From an uncultured Gammaproteobacteria bacterium (GTDB taxonomy: Bacteria; Pseudomonadota; Gammaproteobacteria; GCA-001735895): DNA of 52,014 nt. The stretch is taken from NCBI GenBank assembly GCA_947259305.1, contig CAMYML010000001.1, positions 1-52,014 on the forward strand. Reading direction: 5' to 3'. Within the stretch, counting starts at the first letter, position 1. Each line of letters starts with the position of its first letter. The notes beneath the pieces were generated by a model. The model was given only the letters and a program-made list of their open reading frames with translations, did no database searches and had not been told where the DNA came from. The position numbers and the translations under genes are program-made. Shown one piece after another: positions 48,458 to 52,014 of the stretch.

Positions 48458-50266
48458 TTACTCCGTTATGCGGGTGACCAGCTGGCGCGCCGACAACAGC
48501 AGGTTGATCGCGCTGTAGTGGCCCTTGGCGATGACGAACACCACCTGGTAACCGTCGGCGAGTCTGCGCTTGAGTGCTGCCTGGTAGGCGTTCCAGCTCA
48601 GGTACACGTGAACCCTGCGTCCCTGGCTAATGGCGTATAAGCCGAGATCGGCGCCCGGCACGATAAATGGCACTTCGGGCAGGGTTGCGATGTCGGTGAT
48701 TACGCCCGCCTGTTTCAAATGATGCCGGCCTGTGGCCGAACTCAGGTCGAGGCGCATGCCGGATTCGTCGAGGCTGACCACGGCGGTCGGGCTGCCCGCG
48801 GCGCCGTAGGAGATTAACATTTTGCTCGGCAATTCGCTCAGGTCGGCGATGGTTTTGGCGGTGAAATCGAGTGGCGCGCTGCCGAACGGGGTGGGGAAGC
48901 CTTTTACCCTGACCGGTTCGAACAGCGCCAGGCTGTTCAGGCTCAACGGACCGCTGTCGATCTGGTAATGATCCGGGTCTGCGTCTTCTCCCGGGCCGCT
49001 GCCGGTGCCGGCGAAATTGTAACGCTCGACCATGCGGCGGTTGACGTGCTGCAGATCGACTTCGAGCGGCGATACCGATGCCACCAGGCCAGAGACCTGG
49101 CTATAGCGCATGCGCAGCAGTTCGCCTTCGGCGTTGAGCGTATCGCCAGTATCGTTGAGATGACCGAGCACGGTAACCTTCTGGCCGACGCTAATCGCGG
49201 CAATCGTATGACCGTTGCCGGTATCACCCTGTTTGGTGACCCTGGTATTTTCATCGATCAACACTTCGATCTCGTCGTTGAAACTGAAATGCCCGTCATC
49301 GAATTCGACGGTCGCACCCAAAACGGTGAGGCTGTTGCCTGAGCGCGCGATAACGCTGCCTTTGACGACATCCTTGTCACCCCAGGGCACGCTGCTGCCG
49401 GCCAGTACCTGCTGCGCGAGGAAACGTCGGTCGCCGTAATTAACCGTGCCCAGCGCCACCAGCGGCGTCAGGCCGGATTGACGCGCGAGCGCCTCGAGAC
49501 CCTCGCTCTGGGCGTAAGCGACACCGTCGATCTCGAACACGGTTTCGGCGTTGGTGGACGCGGTAATCCTGCCGAAATCCCGATGCCGGATGCGAAACGG
49601 GCGCAGCTTGATATTAAAGGTTTCGCGTTCCAGGTTAACGCCCGCCAGCAGACCGCGCAGGCGGCGGGTTTTTTCGTCTTCGATGCTGGTGTTGGCGAGC
49701 AGGATCGGATTGACCATGACGTTGGCGCTATTGCCATTGATGACGACTTCGTTAGATGCCTCGAGGTCGAAATCGAGGATCAGCGCCGCCGGCTGCCCGG
49801 CTTTGATGTGAAATCCGCTGTGCGCATTGACCACGACTTCGAGCGTGACGCTTCCCAGCGGATTACCCATTTCATCTTTCGGGTAACCCGGAATCGAATT
49901 CCCGTTTTCATCCTCTACGGTAATTTCGGCATTGCTGAAATCGAGTGCGATTTCCGCCTTGTCGTAACTGCCGACCGGCACCGTCGCGGTGGACAGAAAT
50001 TCGGTGACTTCGACGTAGCGGGAAAAGTCCAGGCGCGCGCTGTTCGGCAGCGTCTCGATTATCGCTCCGTTCGACCTGTACAGCTTGATGCTGTCGACAT
50101 CGATGGTGTACTGGTTGAAATCACCCTCGGCATCGGTCAGCGAGATGGTCAGTTCGCTGGTTTCTTCGGCGCTGTCGCTGCTGTCGGAACCGCAGGCGGC
50201 GAGCGCAACTGCGGCGAAGCTGATAAGCAGGATCCAGATAGTCTGCCTGATAGTGGTTAAGGTCAT
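48458..50266 (-). CDS. DUF4382-like lipoprotein with C-terminal OB-like (DUF5666-type) repeats
   Basis: Lipobox LAAC; LTISLTDAEGDF, VPVGSY, ILDFDLEASN, VNP; KGSV..LTVLG..IDENTRV..ISVGQKVTVLG. Confidence 0.78.
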   Translation of the reverse strand: MTLTTIRQTIWILLISFAAVALAACGSDSSDSAEETSELTISLTDAEGDFNQYTIDVDSIKLYRSNGAIIETLPNSARLDFSRYVEVTEFLSTATVPVGSYDKAEIALDFSNAEITVEDENGNSIPGYPKDEMGNPLGSVTLEVVVNAHSGFHIKAGQPAALILDFDLEASNEVVINGNSANVMVNPILLANTSIEDEKTRRLRGLLAGVNLERETFNIKLRPFRIRHRDFGRITASTNAETVFEIDGVAYAQSEGLEALARQSGLTPLVALGTVNYGDRRFLAQQVLAGSSVPWGDKDVVKGSVIARSGNSLTVLGATVEFDDGHFSFNDEIEVLIDENTRVTKQGDTGNGHTIAAISVGQKVTVLGHLNDTGDTLNAEGELLRMRYSQVSGLVASVSPLEVDLQHVNRRMVERYNFAGTGSGPGEDADPDHYQIDSGPLSLNSLALFEPVRVKGFPTPFGSAPLDFTAKTIADLSELPSKMLISYGAAGSPTAVVSLDESGMRLDLSSATGRHHLKQAGVITDIATLPEVPFIVPGADLGLYAISQGRRVHVYLSWNAYQAALKRRLADGYQVVFVIAKGHYSAINLLLSARQLVTRITE

Positions 50267-50303
50267 GGTTAATCCCCGTTTTTCGGTTATCGTTACCCTT
50301 AAT

Positions 50304-50330
50304 AACGCGTGACCTCGAATTCGGTTGACA
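50304..50330 (-). promoter_or_regulatory. Putative ECF-sigma promoter for the lipoprotein-to-anti-sigma operon
   Basis: Minus strand TGTCAAC-N16-CGTT, 37 nt upstream of ATG 50266; fits the generic ECF AAC-N16/17-CGT pattern. Confidence 0.6.
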
Positions 50331-50349
50331 GGTCTGGCAAAAAATTTTC

Positions 50350-50676
50350 CGGTAGCAGCCTGCTGATCATTTGTGGTGTATATCTTTTACTGTTGTTGTT
50401 TGACTTTCCGGGCAGCGGCATCAGGCTGCTCGACGTACGCGATTGCGCCTTACTGGCGTTAACCTCGATCGCATCGCTGGCGCTGGCGCAATTTCTGTGG
50501 ATTCGTGGCGCCACCGGGCTGGGTATCCTGCTGGTCTCGTTGCATATGAACGCGCTGCCTTTTTACGTCATGCTGATCGTGGTGTTGATGCTCGATGCGA
50601 GCTGGAGCTGGTGGCCGGCGCCGTGCTGGTCGCCGCTGGCGTCATGCTGGCGCAATCGGTGGCGCGCAGCGCCTGA
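50350..50676 (+). pseudogene. 3' relic of an EamA/DMT transporter with frameshift
   Basis: LAQFLWIRGATGLGILLVSLHMNALPFYVML...WSWW then, in another frame, AGAVLVAAGVMLAQS; 5' boundary approximate. Confidence 0.65.
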
Positions 50677-50693
50677 CTAGCGTGCGGCTGGAG

Positions 50694-51458
50694 CTATTCG
50701 TCCTCTTCGGCCAGCAGCGATAAATCGCGCGCGGCGTCGCGTAACAGTGGAATATACCTTTCGCTGTCCTCGGTCTTGATGCGGGAAACCGGCGCCTGGA
50801 TCGCCAGTGAGCTGTAAAATCTTCCCTGCTTATCCTCGATCGGTACCGCGATCGCGATAATGTCGTCGTACAACTCCTCGTTGTCGATCGAGACTTGCCG
50901 TTTTTCGATGTTGTCGAGTTCCTCGAGCAGGGCATCGGGGTCGGTAATCGTATTCTTGGCGTGGCGCTCGAGTTGCAGTTTGTTTATTACCGCGCGACGT
51001 TTGGTTTTGGGCAGCGTGCTCAGGTAAAGTTTACCGCTGGCGGTACAGTACAGCGGTACGCGCATGCCGATCGGAAACTGCAGCCGCAGCGGCGCCGAAG
51101 TCTCAACGCGATCGGAATAGGCCATGTAAAGCCCGTCGGCGTAGGCGATGTTGCAGGTTTCACCGACTTTTTCCGAGAGCGCGGTCAGGATGGCGTGGCG
51201 CGTGGCGCGCAACCTCGAATTTGCCATTACGCCGACCGCGACGTCATGCAGGCGATTGCCGGGCACGTAACTCTTGCCGTTGATTTTCTTTAGCAGGTAA
51301 CCGCGCGCTTCCAGCTCCGCGCACAAACGATGGGCGGTTGCCTTCGGCAGGTGCAAAATCTCGTTGATTTCGGTTGCGCTGATCGGTTTCGGCGAAGCCG
51401 CAACCGCATCGAGTATATCCAGCACACGCTGGATGGTTGAACCGCGTTCGCGTCTCAT
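50694..51458 (-). CDS. IclR-family transcriptional regulator
   Basis: LPKATAHRL HTH, VGETCN, PLYCTASGK, DNEE, IAIAVPI. Confidence 0.93.
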   Translation of the reverse strand: MRRERGSTIQRVLDILDAVAASPKPISATEINEILHLPKATAHRLCAELEARGYLLKKINGKSYVPGNRLHDVAVGVMANSRLRATRHAILTALSEKVGETCNIAYADGLYMAYSDRVETSAPLRLQFPIGMRVPLYCTASGKLYLSTLPKTKRRAVINKLQLERHAKNTITDPDALLEELDNIEKRQVSIDNEELYDDIIAIAVPIEDKQGRFYSSLAIQAPVSRIKTEDSERYIPLLRDAARDLSLLAEEDE

Positions 51459-51627
51459 CGGGGTGCGGCGGGATTGATCTGGTTCATCGATGGAAGCGAT
51501 TAGAGCACCTTCTTTTGCGAATTAACTGTTTACTTTATATCAATATTTAATTGAAAACGAGAAAAATAATTCCGTTTTAGCAATTTGTCGTGTATTTTTT
51601 ACGTACTCCTTCCAGTTGAGGCAACTT

Positions 51628-51868
51628 GTGGAAAGTTTCGATTACATCGTCGTCGGTGCCGGTTCGGCCGATTGCGGAGCATTTTATCCAGGCCGCAACC
51701 GAGATCGGTATCCCTTATAACGAGGGCTGCAACGGTGCCCGCCAGGAAGGTGTCGGTTACTTTCAGCAAACGGTTTACCGGGGATTTCGCTGGAGCACCG
51801 CAAAAAGCTTTTTACGCCCGGCGAAAAACCGGCCCAACCTCAAAGTGCTGACACGCGCGCAGGCTCAA
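51628..51868 (+). pseudogene. GMC (choline dehydrogenase-like) oxidoreductase relic, internally deleted and truncated
   Basis: GAGG RBS + GTG: VESFDYIVVGAGSA, then out of frame PIAEHFIQAATEIGIP..NGARQEGVGYFQ..RWSTAKSFLRPAKNRPNLKV. Confidence 0.85.
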
Positions 51869-51935
51869 CATAGAATGGGATTATGCGCAGTCAGTAGACT
51901 GTCCGTATCACCGCATAATCAATTTTATGTGTGAG
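51863..51935. other. Inverted pair of dif-like (XerC/XerD) sites able to form a forked hairpin
   Basis: Minus ACTGCGCATAA-TCCCATT-CTATGTTGAGC; plus TCACCGCATAA-TCAATT-TTATGTGTGAG; E. coli dif is GGTGCGCATAA-TGTATA-TTATGTTAAAT. Confidence 0.5.
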
Positions 51936-52014
51936 TTGATCAGGGCCTTTGCTGCGCTTTCTTGGTATTTGATCGCTTTTGCTAATTTGCTAGCCAGAAA
52001 TCAAGCTACTCCAC

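Noticed and set aside
51554-51578. AAAACG-N13-CGTTTT as IclR operator
   Set aside because: Plausible position but only 6-bp arms in AT-rich DNA.
51863-51941. Integron attC reading (GCTCAAC...GTTGATC)
   Set aside because: R boxes nearly fit, but the L boxes do not pair in that register and no integrase or cassette is visible.
1-52014. CRISPR arrays, tRNA/rRNA, transposases, integrases, known defence genes
   Set aside because: None recognised by eye; dedicated scans were not run.

Overview
A GC-rich, probably gammaproteobacterial chromosomal window, mostly metabolic and transport genes: D-2-hydroxyacid oxidases including glcDEF, hydantoinase/oxoprolinase A/B, a family-5 ABC importer, EamA transporters, pdxH and acpH, plus three c-di-GMP enzymes. 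All calls are from motifs read by eye; no searches were run. The most unusual signals: (1) two homologous ~250-bp non-coding elements (20573-20827, 33496-33741) with shared terminal inverted repeats, a 122-nt hairpin with a CATAG-N6-CTATG apex exactly 80 nt from the right end, and diverged internal sequence; one sits in the TA of the glcE stop codon. (2) A six-gene envelope operon (DUF4382-like lipoprotein, small secreted protein, DUF3106-like protein, putative beta-barrel, ECF sigma, anti-sigma) with an ECF-type promoter. (3) A transporter-less binding protein / GGDEF-EAL / Tat binding protein cassette. (4) An inverted pair of dif-like XerCD sites where a GMC oxidoreductase relic breaks off. 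(5) A PA2779/PA2778-type pair in which the small protein has a Gly-Gly site before a hydrophobic tail. (6) A J-domain/membrane/Sel1 fusion. (7) About seven gene relics, mostly isolated 3' stubs.
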